NCBI RefSeq assembly: GCF_036365525.1
Contig: NC_090399.1
Location: forward strand, 46,408,430 to 46,472,429
DNA from: Heterodontus francisci
Lineage: Eukaryota
Length of the DNA: 64,000 bases
Reading direction: 5' to 3'
Part shown: in pieces, positions 1 through 12,470 of the stretch
Layout of the letters: the number at the start of each line of letters is the position of its first letter
Position numbering within the stretch: position 1 is the stretch's first letter
Notes under the pieces: model-generated
Database searches by the model: none
What the model saw: the letters and a program-made list of their open reading frames with translations, nothing else
Told to the model about the DNA's origin: nothing
Program-made: the position numbers and the translations under genes

Positions 1-3000
1 CTGTTCCCCAGTGTGTGAGTCGGGGTCTGTTCCCCAGTGTTAGTGAGTCGGACCCTGTTCCCCAGTGTGTGTGAGTCGGATCCTGTTCCTCAGTGTGTGA
101 GTCGGGGTCTGTTCCCCAGTGTGTGTGAGTCGGATCCTGTTCCCCAGTTTGAGAGAGTCGGGGTCTGTTCCTCAGTGTGAGTGAGTCGGGGCCTGATCCC
201 CAATGTGAGTGAGTCGGGGTCTGTTCCCCAGTGTGAGTGAGTCGGGGCCTGTTCCCCAGTGTGTGTGAGTCGGATCCTGTTCCCCAGTTTGAGAGAGTCG
301 GGGTCTGTTCCTTATTGTGAGTGAGTCGGGGTCTGTTCCCCAGTGTATGTGAGTCGGACCCTGTTCCCCAGTTTGAGAGAGTCGGGGTCTGTTCCTCAGT
401 GTGAGTGAGTCGGGGTCTGTTCCCCAGTGTGAGTGAGTCGGGGCCAGTTCCCCAGTTTGAGAGAGTCGGGGTCTGTTCCTCAGTGTGTGAGTCGGGGCCT
501 GTTCCTCAGTGTGAGTGAGTCGGATCCTGTTCCCCAGTGTGAGAGAGACGGGGTCTGTTCCCCAGTGTATGTGAGTCGGACCCTGTTCCCCAGTGTGAGA
601 GAGTCGGGGTCTGTTCCTCATTGTGAGTGAGTCGGGGTCTGTTCCCCAGTGTATGTGAGTCGGACCCTGTTCCCCAGTTTGAGAGAGTCGGGGTCTGTTC
701 CTCAGTGTGAGTGAGTCGGGGCCTGATCCCCAATGTGAGTGAGTCGGGGTCTGTTCCCCAGTGTGAGTGAGTCGGGGCCTGTTCCCCAGTGTGTGTGAGT
801 CGGATCCTGTTCCTCAGTGTGTGAGTCGGGGTCTGTTCCCCAGTGTGTGAGAGTCGGGGTCTGTTATACAGTGTTAGTGAGTCGGACCCTGTTCCCCAGT
901 TTGGGCGAGTTGGGTCCGTGTCCCAGTGTGTGAGTAGGGGTCTGTTCCCCAGTGTGAGTGTCGGGGTTTGTTCCTCATTGTGAGTGAGTCGGGGTCTGTT
1001 CCCCAGTGTGAGCGAGTCGGGATCTGTTCCCCAGTGTGAGTGAGTCGGCATCTGTTCCCCAGTGTATGTGAGTCGGACCCTGTTCCCCAGTGTGAGAGAG
1101 TCGGGGTCTGTTCCTCATTGTGAGTGAGTCGGGGTCTGTTCCCCAGTGTATGTGAGTCGGGGTCTGTTATACAGTGTTAGTGAGTCGGACCCTGTTCCCC
1201 AGTTTGGGCGAGTTGGGTCCGTGCCCCAGTGTGAGTGAGTAGGGGTCTGTTCCTCAATGTGAGTGAGTCGGGGTCTGTTACACAGTGTAAGTGAGTCGGA
1301 CCCTGTTCCCCAGTGTGTGTGAGTCGGATCCTGTTGCTCAGTGTGTGAGTCGGGGTCTGTTCCCCAGTGTGTGTGAGTCGGGGTCTGTTATACAGTGTTA
1401 GTGAGTCGGACCCTGTTCCCCAGTTTGGGCGAGTTGGGTCCGTGCCCCAGTGTGAGTGTCGGGGTTTGTTCCTCATTGTGAGTGAGTCGGGGTCTGTTAT
1501 ACAGTGTGAGTGAGTCGGCATCTGTTCCCCAGTGTATGTGAGTCGGATCCTGTTCCCCAGTGTGAGAGAGTCGGGGTCTGTTCCTCATTGTGTGAGTCGG
1601 GGTCTGTTCCCCAGTGTATGTGAGTCGGACCCTGTTCCCCAGTTTGAGAGAGTCGGGGTCTGTTCCTCATTGTGAGTGAGTCGGGGTCTGTTCCCCAGTG
1701 TATGTGAGTCGGACCCTGTTCCCCAGTTTGAGAGAGTCGGGGTCTGTTCCTCAGTGTGAGTGAGTCGGGGTCTGTTCCCCAGTGTGAGTGAGTCGGGGCC
1801 AGTTCCCCAGTTTGAGAGAGTCGGGGTCTGTTCCTCAGTGTGAGTGAGTCGGGGCCTGTTCCTCAGTGTGAGTGAGTCGGATCCTGTTCCCCAGTGTGAG
1901 AGAGACGGGGTCTGTTCCTCATTGTGAGTGAGTCGGGGTCTGTTCCCCAGTGTATGTGAGTCGGACCCTGTTCCCCAGTTTGAGAGAGTCGGGGTCTGTT
2001 CCTCAGTGTGAGTGAGTCGGGGCCTGATCCCCAATGTGAGTGAGTCGGGGTCTGTTCCTCAGTGTGAGTGAGTCGGGGCCTGATCCCCAATGTGAGAGAG
2101 TCGGGGTCTGTTCCTCAGTGTGAGTGAGTCGGGGCCTGTTCCTCAGTGTGAGTGAGTCGGATCCTGTTCCCCAGTGTGAGTGAGTAGGGGTCTGTTCCTC
2201 AATGTGAGTGAGTCGGGGTCTGGTACACAGTGTTAGTGAGTCGGACCCTGTTCCCCAGTGTGTGTGAGTCGGATCCTGTTCCTCAGTGTGTGAGTCGGGG
2301 TCTGTTCCCCAGTGTGTGAGAGTCGGGGTCTGTTATACAGTGTTAGTGAGTCGGACCCTGTTCCCCAGTTTGGGCGAGTTGGGTCCGTGCCCCAGTGTGT
2401 GAGTAGGGGTCTGTTCCCCAGTGTGAGTGTCGGGGTTTGTTCCTCATTGTGAGTGAGTCGGGATCTGTTCCCCAGTGTGAGTGAGTCGGCATCTGTTCCC
2501 CAGTGTATGTGAGTCGGACCCTGTTCCCCAGTGTGAGAGAGTCGGGGTCTGTTCCTCATTGTGAGTGAGTTGGGGTCTGTTCCCCAGTGTATGTGAGTCG
2601 GACCCTGTTCCCCAGTGTGAGAGAGTCGGGGTCTGTTCCTCATTGTGAGTGAGTCGGGGTCTGTTCCCGAGTGTATGTGAGTCAGACCCTGTTCCACAGT
2701 GTGTGAGTCGGGGTCTGTTCCCCAGTGTGAGAGAGACGGGGTCTGTTCCCCAGTGTATGTGAGTCGGACCCTGTACCCCAGTGTGAGTGAGTCGGAGCCT
2801 GTTCCCCAGTTTAGGCGAGTTGGGATCTGTTCCCCAGTGTGAGTGAGTCGGGGTCTGTTCCCCAGTGTGAGTGAGTCGGGGCCTGTTCCCCAGTGTTAGT
2901 GAGTCGGACCCTGTTCCCCAGTGTGTGAGAGTCGGATCCTGTTCCTCAGTGTGTGAGTCGGGGTCTGTTCCCCAGTGTGTGTGAGTCGGGGTCTGTTCCC

Positions 3001-6000
3001 CAGTGTGTGTGAGTCGGGGTCTGTTATACAGTGTTAGTCAGTCGGACCCTGTTCCCCAGTTTGGGCGAGTTGGGTCCGTGCCCCAGTGTGAGTGAGTAGG
3101 GGTCTGTTCCTTAATGTGAGTGAGTCGGGGTCTGGTACACAGTGTTAGTGAGTCGGACCCTGTTCCCCAGTGTGTGTGAGTCGGATCCTGTTCCTCAGTG
3201 TGTGAGTCGGGGTCTGTTCCCCAGTGTGTGTGAGTCAGGGTCTGTTATACAGTGTTAGTGAGTCGGACCCTGTTCCCCAGTTTGGGCGAGTTGGGTCCGT
3301 GCCCCAGTGTGTGAGTAGGGGTCTGTTCCCCAGTGTGAGTGTCGGGGTTTGTTCCTCATTGTGAGTGAGTCGGGGTCTGTTATACAGTGTGAGTGAGTCG
3401 GGATCTGTTCCCCAGTGTGAGTGAGTCGGCATCTGTTCCCCAGTGTATGTGAGTCGGACCCTGTTCCCCAGTGTGAGAGAGTCGGGGTCTGTTCGTCATT
3501 GTGAGTGAGTCGGAGTCTGTTCCCCAATGTATGTGAGTCAGACCCTGTTCCCCAGTTTGAGAGAGTCGGGGTCTGTTCCCCAGTGTGAGAGAGACGGGGT
3601 CTGTTCCCCAGTGGATGTGAGTCGGACCCTGTTCCCCAGTGTGAGAGAGTTGGGGTCTGTTCCTCATTGTGAGTGAGTCGGGGTCTGTTCCCCAGTGTAT
3701 GTGAGTCGGACCCTGTTCCCCAGTTTGAGAGAGTCGGGGTCTGTTCCTCATTGTGAGTGAGTCGGGGTCTGTTCCCCAGTGTATGTGAGTCGGACCCTGT
3801 TCCCCAGTTTGAGAGAGTCGGGGTCTGTTCCTCATTGTGAGTGAGTCGGGGTCTGTTCTTCAGTGTGAGTGAGTCGGGGCCAGTTCCCCAGTGTGAGTGA
3901 GTCGGGGTCTGTTCCTCATTGTGAGTGAGTCGGGGTCTGTTCCCCAGTGTATGTGAGTCGGACCCTGTTCCCCAGTGTGAGTGAGTCGGGGTCTGTTCCT
4001 CAGTGTGAGTGAGTCGGGGCCTGTTCCCCAGTGTGAGTGAGTCGGGGCCTGTTGCCCAGTGTGAGTGAGTCGGAACCTGTTCCCCAGTTTGCGCGAGTTG
4101 GGATCTGTTCCCCAGTGTGAGTGAGTCGGGGTCTGTTCCCCAGTGTGAGTGAGTCGGGGCCTGTTCCCCAGTGTGAGTGAGTCGGACCCTGTTCCCCAGT
4201 TTGGGCGAGTTGGGATCTGTTCCCCAGTGTGAGTTAGTTGGGGTCTGTTCCCCAGTGTGAGTGAGTCGGGGTCTGTTCCCCAATGAGTGTGAGTCGGGAT
4301 TTGTTCCCCCAGTGTGAGTGAGTCGGGGCCAGTTCCCCAGTGTGAGTGAGTCGGGGCCTGTTCCCCAGTGTGAGTGAGTCGGGGCCTGTTCCTCAGTGTG
4401 AGTGAGTCGGGGCCAGTTCCCCAGTGTGAGTGAGTTGGGGTCTGTTCCCCAGTGTGAGTGAGTCGGGGTCTGTTCCCCAGTGTGCGTGTGTCTGGACCAG
4501 TTCCCCAGTGTGAGTGAGTTGGGGTCTGTTCCCCAGTGTGAGTGAGTCGGGGCCTATTCCCCAGTGTGCGTGTGTCTGGACCAGTTCCCCAGTGTGAGTG
4601 AGTTGGGGTCTGTTCCCCAGTGTGAGTGAGTCGGCATCTGTTCCCCAGTGTATGTGAGTCGGATCCTGTTCCCCAGTGTGAGAGAGTCGGGGTCTGTTCC
4701 TCATTGTGTGAGTCGGGGTCTGTTCCCCAGTGTATGTGAGTCGGACCCTGTTCCCCAGTTTGAGAGAGTCGGGGTCTGTTCCTCATTGTGAGTGAGTCGG
4801 GGTCTGTTCCCCAGTGTATGTGAGTCGGACCCTGTTCCCCAGTTTGAGAGAGTCGGGGTCTGTTCCTCAGTGTGAGTGAGTCGGGGTCTGTTCCCCAGTG
4901 TGAGTGAGTCGGGGCCAGTTCCCCAGTTTGAGAGAGTCGGGGTCTGTTCCTCAGTGTGAGTGAGTCGGGGCCTGTTCCTCAGTGTGAGTGAGTCGGATCC
5001 TGTTCCCCAGTGTGAGAGAGACGGGGTCTGTTCCTCATTGTGAGTGAGTCGGGGTCTGTTCCCCAGTGTATGTGAGTCGGACCCTGTTCCCCAGTTTGAG
5101 AGAGTCGGGGTCTGTTCCTCAGTGTGAGTGAGTCGGGGCCTGATCCCCAATGTGAGTGAGTCGGGGTCTGTTCCCCAGTGTGTGTGAGTCGGATCCTGTT
5201 CCTCAGTGTGTGAGTCGGGGTCTGTTCCCCAGTGTGTGAGAGTCGGGGTCTGTTATACAGTGTTAGTGAGTCGGACCCTGTTCCCCAGTTTGGGCGAGTT
5301 GGGTCCGTGCCCCAGTGTGTGAGTAGGGGTCTGTTCCCCAGTGTGAGTGTCGGGGTTTGTTCCTCATTGTGAGTGAGTCGGGATCTGTTCCCCAGTGTGA
5401 GTGAGTCGGCATCTGTTCCCCAGTGTATGTGAGTCGGACCCTGTTCCCCAGTGTGAGAGAGTCGGGGTCTGTTCCTCATTGTGAGTGAGTTGGGGTCTGT
5501 TCCCCAGTGTATGTGAGTCGGACCCTGTTCCCCAGTGTGAGAGAGTCGGGGTCTGTTCCTCATTGTGAGTGAGTCGGGGTCTGTTCCCGAGTGTATGTGA
5601 GTCAGACCCTGTTCCACAGTGTGTGAGTCGGGGTCTGTTCCCCAGTGTGAGAGAGACGGGGTCTGTTCCCCAGTGTATGTGAGTCGGACCCTGTACCCCA
5701 GTGTGAGTGAGTCGGAGCCTGTTCCCCAGTTTAGGCGAGTTGGGATCTGTTCCCCAGTGTGAGTGAGTCGGGGTCTGTTCCCCAGTGTGAGTGAGTCGGG
5801 GCCTGTTCCCCAGTGTTAGTGAGTCGGACCCTGTTCCCCAGTGTGTGAGAGTCGGATCCTGTTCCTCAGTGTGTGAGTCGGGGTCTGTTCCCCAGTGTGT
5901 GTGAGTCGGGGTCTGTTCCCCAGTGTGTGTGAGTCGGGGTCTGTTATACAGTGTTAGTCAGTCGGACCCTGTTCCCCAGTTTGGGCGAGTTGGGTCCGTG

Positions 6001-9000
6001 CCCCAGTGTGAGTGAGTAGGGGTCTGTTCCTTAATGTGAGTGAGTCGGGGTCTGGTACACAGTGTTAGTGAGTCGGACCCTGTTCCCCAGTGTGTGTGAG
6101 TCGGATCCTGTTCCTCAGTGTGTGAGTCGGGGTCTGTTCCCCAGTGTGTGTGAGTCAGGGTCTGTTATACAGTGTTAGTGAGTCGGACCCTGTTCCCCAG
6201 TTTGGGCGAGTTGGGTCCGTGCCCCAGTGTGTGAGTAGGGGTCTGTTCCCCAGTGTGAGTGTCGGGGTTTGTTCCTCATTGTGAGTGAGTCGGGGTCTGT
6301 TATACAGTGTGAGTGAGTCGGGATCTGTTCCCCAGTGTGAGTGAGTCGGCATCTGTTCCCCAGTGTATGTGAGTCGGACCCTGTTCCCCAGTGTGAGAGA
6401 GTCGGGGTCTGTTCGTCATTGTGAGTGAGTCGGAGTCTGTTCCCCAATGTATGTGAGTCAGACCCTGTTCCCCAGTTTGAGAGAGTCGGGGTCTGTTCCC
6501 CAGTGTGAGAGAGACGGGGTCTGTTCCCCAGTGGATGTGAGTCGGACCCTGTTCCCCAGTGTGAGAGAGTTGGGGTCTGTTCCTCATTGTGAGTGAGTCG
6601 GGGTCTGTTCCCCAGTGTATGTGAGTCGGACCCTGTTCCCCAGTTTGAGAGAGTCGGGGTCTGTTCCTCATTGTGAGTGAGTCGGGGTCTGTTCCCCAGT
6701 GTATGTGAGTCGGACCCTGTTCCCCAGTTTGAGAGAGTCGGGGTCTGTTCCTCATTGTGAGTGAGTCGGGGTCTGTTCTTCAGTGTGAGTGAGTCGGGGC
6801 CAGTTCCCCAGTGTGAGTGAGTCGGGGTCTGTTCCTCATTGTGAGTGAGTCGGGGTCTGTTCCCCAGTGTATGTGAGTCGGACCCTGTTCCCCAGTGTGA
6901 GTGAGTCGGGGTCTGTTCCTCAGTGTGAGTGAGTCGGGGCCTGTTCCCCAGTGTGAGTGAGTCGGGGCCTGTTGCCCAGTGTGAGTGAGTCGGAACCTGT
7001 TCCCCAGTTTGCGCGAGTTGGGATCTGTTCCCCAGTGTGAGTGAGTCGGGGTCTGTTCCCCAGTGTGAGTGAGTCGGGGCCTGTTCCCCAGTGTGAGTGA
7101 GTCGGACCCTGTTCCCCAGTTTGGGCGAGTTGGGATCTGTTCCCCAGTGTGAGTTAGTTGGGGTCTGTTCCCCAGTGTGAGTGAGTCGGGGTCTGTTCCC
7201 CAATGAGTGTGAGTCGGGATTTGTTCCCCCAGTGTGAGTGAGTCGGGGCCAGTTCCCCAGTGTGAGTGAGTCGGGGCCTGTTCCCCAGTGTGAGTGAGTC
7301 GGGGCCTGTTCCTCAGTGTGAGTGAGTCGGGGCCAGTTCCCCAGTGTGAGTGAGTTGGGGTCTGTTCCCCAGTGTGAGTGAGTCGGGGTCTGTTCCCCAG
7401 TGTGCGTGTGTCTGGACCAGTTCCCCAGTGTGAGTGAGTTGGGGTCTGTTCCCCAGTGTGAGTGAGTCGGGGCCTATTCCCCAGTGTGCGTGTGTCTGGA
7501 CCAGTTCCCCAGTGTGAGTGAGTTGGGGTCTGTTCCCCAGTGTGAGTGAGTCGGGGTCTGTTCCCCAGTGTCAGTGAGTCGGGGTCTGTTCCCCTGTGTG
7601 AGTGAGTTGGGGTCTGTTCCCCAGTGTGTGTGAGTCGGGGTCTGTTCCCCAGTGTGAGTGAGTTGGGGTCTGTTCCCCAGTGTGAGTGAGTCGTGGCCAG
7701 TTCCCCAGTGTCAGTGAGTTGGGGTCTGTTCCCCAGTGTGAGTGAGTTGGGGCCTGTTCCCCAGTGTGAGTGAGTTGGGGTCTGTTCCCCAGTGTGAGTG
7801 AGTCGGGGTCTGTTCCCCAGTGTCAGTGAGTTGGGGTCTGTTCCTCAGTGTGAGTGAGTCGGGGTCTGTTCCCCAGTGTGAGTGAGTCGGATCCTGTTCC
7901 CCAGTGTGAGAGAGTCAGGGTCTGTTCCTCATTGTGAGTGAGTCGGGGTCTGTTCCCCAGTGTGAGTGAATCGGGGTCTGTTCCCCAGTGTGTGAGTCGG
8001 GGCCTGTCCCCCAGTGTGAGTGAGTTGGTGTCTGTTCCCCAGTGTGAGTGAGTCGGATCCAGTTCCCCAGTGTGAGTGAGTCGGGGTCTGTTCCCCAGTG
8101 TGAGTGAGTCGGGGTCTGTTCCCCAGTGTGTGTGAGTCGCGGTCTGTTATACAGTGTTAGTGAGTCGGACCCTGTTCCCCAGTTTGGGCGAGTTGGGTCC
8201 GTGCCCCAGTGTGTGAGTAGGGGTCTGTTCCCCAGTGTGAGTGTCGGGGTTTGTTCCTCATTGTGAGTGAGTCGGGGTCTGTTATACAGTGTGAGTGAGT
8301 CGGGATCTGTTCCCCAGTGTATGTGAGTCGGACCCTGTTCCCCAGTGTGAGAGAGTCGGGGTCTGTTCGTCATTGTGAGTGAGTCGGAGTCTGTTCCCCA
8401 GTGTATGTGAGTCAGACCCTGTTCCCCAGTGTGAGTGAGTCGGGGTCTGTTCCCCAGAGTGAGAGAGACGGGGTCTGTTCCCCAGTGTATGTGAGTCGGA
8501 CCCTGTTCCCCAGTGTGAGAGAGTCGGGGTCTGTTCCTCATTGTGAGTGAGTCGGGGTCTGTTCTTCAGTGTGAGTGAGTCGGGGCCAGTTCCCCAGTGT
8601 GAGTGAGTCGGGGTCTGTTCCTCATTGTGAGTGAGTCGGGGTCTGTTGCCCAGTGTATGTGAGTCGGACCCTGTTCCCCAGTTTGAGAGAGTCGGGGTCT
8701 GTTCCTCATTGTGAGTGAGTCGGGGTCTGTTCCTCAGTGTGAGTGAGTCGGGGCCTGTTCCCCAGTGTGAGTGAGTCGGGGCCTGTTGCCCAGTGTGAGT
8801 GAGTCGGACCCTGTTCCCCAGTTTGCGCGAGTTGGGATCTGTTCCCCAGTGTGAGTGAGTCGGGGTCTGTTCCCCAGTGTGAGTGAGTCGGGGCCTGTTC
8901 CCCAGTGTGAGTGAGTCGGACCCTGTTCCCCAGTTTGGGCGAGTTGGGATCTGTTCCCCAGTGTGTATGAGTTGGGGTCTGTTCCCCAGTGTGCGTGAGT

Positions 9001-12000
9001 CGGGGTCTGTTCCCCAATGAGTGTGAGTCGGGATTTGTTCCCCAGTGTGAGTGAGTTGGGGTCTGTTCCCCAGTGTGAGTGAGTCGGGGCCAGTTCCCCA
9101 GTGTGAGTGAGTCGGGGCCTGTTCCCCAGTGTGAGTGAGTCGGGGCCTGTTCCTCAGTGTGAGTGAGTCGGGACCAGTTCCCCAGTGTGAGTGAGTTGGG
9201 GTCTGTTCCCCAGTGTGAGTGAGTCGGGGCCTGTTCCTCAGTGTGAGTGAGTCGGGGCCAGTTCCCCAGTGTGAGTGAGTCGGGGTCTGTTCCCCAGTGT
9301 GAGTGAGTCGGGGTCTGTTCCCCAGTGTGCGTGTGTCTGGACCAGTTCCCCAGTGTGAGTGAGTTGGGGTCTGTTCCCCAGTGTGAGTGAGTCGGGGCCT
9401 GTTCCCCAGTGTGCGTGTGTCTGGACCAGTTCCCCAGTGTGAGTGAGTTGGGGTCTGTTCCCCAGTGTGAGTGAGTCGGGGTCTGTTCCCCAGTGTCAGT
9501 GAGTCGGGGTCTGTTCCCCTGTGTGAGTGAGTTGGGGTCTGTTCCCCAGTGTGTGTGAGTCGGGGTCTGTTCCCCAGTGTGAGTGAGTTGGGGTCTGTTC
9601 CCCAGTGTGAGTGAGTCGTGGCCAGTTCCCCAGTGTCAGTGAGTTGGGGTCTGTTCCCCAGTGTGAGTGAGTTGGGGTCTGTTCCCCAGTGTGAGTGAGT
9701 TGGGGTCTGTTCCCCAGTGTGAGTGAGTCGGGGTCTGTTCCCCAGTGTCAGTGAGTTGGGGTCTGTTCCTCAGTGTGAGTGAGTCGGGGTCTGTTCCCCA
9801 GTGTGAGTGAGTCGGATCCTGTTCCCCAGTGTGAGAGAGTCAGGGTCTGTTCCTCATTGTGAGTGAGTCGGGGTCTGTTCCCCAGTGTGAGTGAATCGGG
9901 GTCTGTTCCCCAGTGTGTGAGTCGGGGCCTGTTCCCCAGTGTGAGTGAGTTGGGGTCTGTTCCCCAGTGTGAGTGAGTCGGATCCAGTTCCCCAGTGTGA
10001 GTGAGTCGGGGTCTGTTCCCCAGTGTGAGTGAGTCGGGGTCTGTTCCCAAGTGTGTGTGAGTCGCGGTCTGTTGTACAGTGTTAGTGAGTCGGACCCTGT
10101 TCCCCAGTTTGGGCGAGTTGGGTCCGTGCCCCAGTGTGTGAGTAGGGGTCTGTTCCCCAGTGTGAGTGTCGGGGTTTGTTCCTCATTGTGAGTGAGTCGG
10201 GGTCTGTTATACAGTGTTAGTGAGTCGGGATCTGTTCCCCAGTGTGAGTGAGTCGGCATCTGTTCCCCAGTGTATGTGAGTCGGACCCTGTTCCCCAGTG
10301 TGAGAGAGTCGGGGTCTGTTCGTCATTGTGAGTGAGTCGGAGTCTGTTCCACAGTGTATGTGAGTCGGACCCTGTTCCCCAGTGTGAGAGAGTTGGGGTC
10401 GGTTCCTCATTGTGAGTGAGTCGGGGTCTGTTCCCCAGTGTATGTGAGTCGGACCCTGTTCCCCAGTTTGAGAGAGTCGGGGTCTGTTCCTCATTGTGAG
10501 TGAGTCGGGGTCTGTTCTTCAGTGTGAGTGAGTCGGGGCCAGTTCCCCAGTGTGAGTGAGTTGGGGTCGGTTCCTCATTGTGAGTGAGTCGGGGTCTGTT
10601 CCCCAGTGTATGTGAGTCGGACCCTGTTCCCCAGTTTGAAAGAGTCGGGGTCTGTTCCTCATTGTGAGTGAGTCGGGGTCTGTTCCTCAGTGTGAGTGAG
10701 TCGGGGCCTGTTCCCCAGTGTGAGTGAGTCGGGGCCTGTTGCCCAGTGTGAGTGAGTCGGACCCTGTTCCCCAGTTTGCGCGAGTTGGGATCTGTTCCCC
10801 AGTGTGAGTGAGTCGGGGTCTGTTCCCCAGTGTGAGTGAGTCGGGGCCTGTTCCCCAGTGTGAGTGAGTCGGGGCCTGTTCCCCAGTGTGCGTGTGTCTG
10901 GACCAGTTCCCCAGTGTGAGTGAGTTGGGGTCTGTTCCCCAGTGTGAGTGAGTCGGGGTCTGTTCCCCAGTGTCAGTGAGTCGGGGTCTGTTCCCCTGTG
11001 TGAGTGAGTTGGGGTCTGTTCCCCAGTGTGTGTGAGTCGGGGTCTGTTCCCCAGTGTGAGTGAGTTGGGGTCTGTTCCCCAGTGTGAGTGAGTCGTGGCC
11101 AGTTCCCCAGTGTCAGTGAGTTGGGGTCTGTTCCCCAGTGTGAGTGAGTTGGGGTCTGTTCCCCAGTGTGAGTGAGTTGGGGTCTGTTCCCCAGTGTGAG
11201 TGAGTCGGGGTCTGTTCCCCAGTGTCAGTGAGTTGGGGTCTGTTCCTCAGTGTGAGTGAGTCGGGGTCTGTTCCCCAGTGTGAGTGAGTCGGATCCTGTT
11301 CCCCAGTGTGAGAGAGTCAGGGTCTGTTCCTCATTGTGAGTGAGTCGGGGTCTGTTCCCCAGTGTGAGTGAATCGGGGTCTGTTCCCCAGTGTGTGAGTC
11401 GGGGCCTGTTCCCCAGTGTGAGTGAGTTGGGGTCTGTTCCCCAGTGTGAGTGAGTCGGATCCAGTTCCCCAGTGTGAGTGAGTCGGGGTCTGTTCCCCAG
11501 TGTGAGTGAGTCGGGGTCTGTTCCCAAGTGTGTGTGAGTCGCGGTCTGTTGTACAGTGTTAGTGAGTCGGACCCTGTTCCCCAGTTTGGGCGAGTTGGGT
11601 CCGTGCCCCAGTGTGTGAGTAGGGGTCTGTTCCCCAGTGTGAGTGTCGGGGTTTGTTCCTCATTGTGAGTGAGTCGGGGTCTGTTATACAGTGTTAGTGA
11701 GTCGGGATCTGTTCCCCAGTGTGAGTGAGTCGGCATCTGTTCCCCAGTGTATGTGAGTCGGACCCTGTTCCCCAGTGTGAGAGAGTCGGGGTCTGTTCGT
11801 CATTGTGAGTGAGTCGGAGTCTGTTCCACAGTGTATGTGAGTCGGACCCTGTTCCCCAGTGTGAGAGAGTTGGGGTCGGTTCCTCATTGTGAGTGAGTCG
11901 GGGTCTGTTGCCCAGTGTATGTGAGTCGGACCCTGTTCCCCAGTTTGAGAGAGTCGGGGTCTGTTCCTCATTGTGAGTGAGTCGGGGTCTGTTCTTCAGT

Positions 12001-12470
12001 GTGAGTGAGTCGGGGCCAGTTCCCCAGTGTGAGTGAGTTGGGGTCGGTTCCTCATTGTGAGTGAGTCGGGGTCTGTTCCCCAGTGTATGTGAGTCGGACC
12101 CTGTTCCCCAGTTTGAAAGAGTCGGGGTCTGTTCCTCATTGTGAGTGAGTCGGGGTCTGTTCCTCAGTGTGAGTGAGTCGGGGCCTGTTCCCCAGTGTGA
12201 GTGAGTCGGGGCCTGTTGCCCAGTGTGAGTGAGTCGGACCCTGTTCCCCAGTTTGCGCGAGTTGGGATCTGTTCCCCAGTGTGAGTGAGTCGGGGTCTGT
12301 TCCCCAGTGTGAGTGAGTCGGGGCCTGTTCCCCAGTGTGAGTGAGTCGGACCCTGTTCCCCAGTTTGGGCGAGTTGGGATCTGTTCCCCAGTGTGAATGA
12401 GTTGGGGTCTGTTCCCCAGCGTGAGTGAGTCGGGGTCTCTTCCCCAATGAGTGTGAGTCGGGATTTGTTC
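1..12470. repeat. Array domain A, with variants GTGTATGTGAGTCGGACCCT, GTTTGAGAGAG, TTCCTCATTG and TTATACAG; contains an 84-bp trimer and ~2.9-3.1-kb and 1,477-bp duplications
   Basis: GTGTATG, GTTTGAGAGAG and TTATACAG are essentially confined to this interval. Identical ORF pairs are offset by 3116 (1585/4701), 2920 (3255/6175) and 1477 (9748/11225). The boundary is approximate. Confidence 0.85.
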
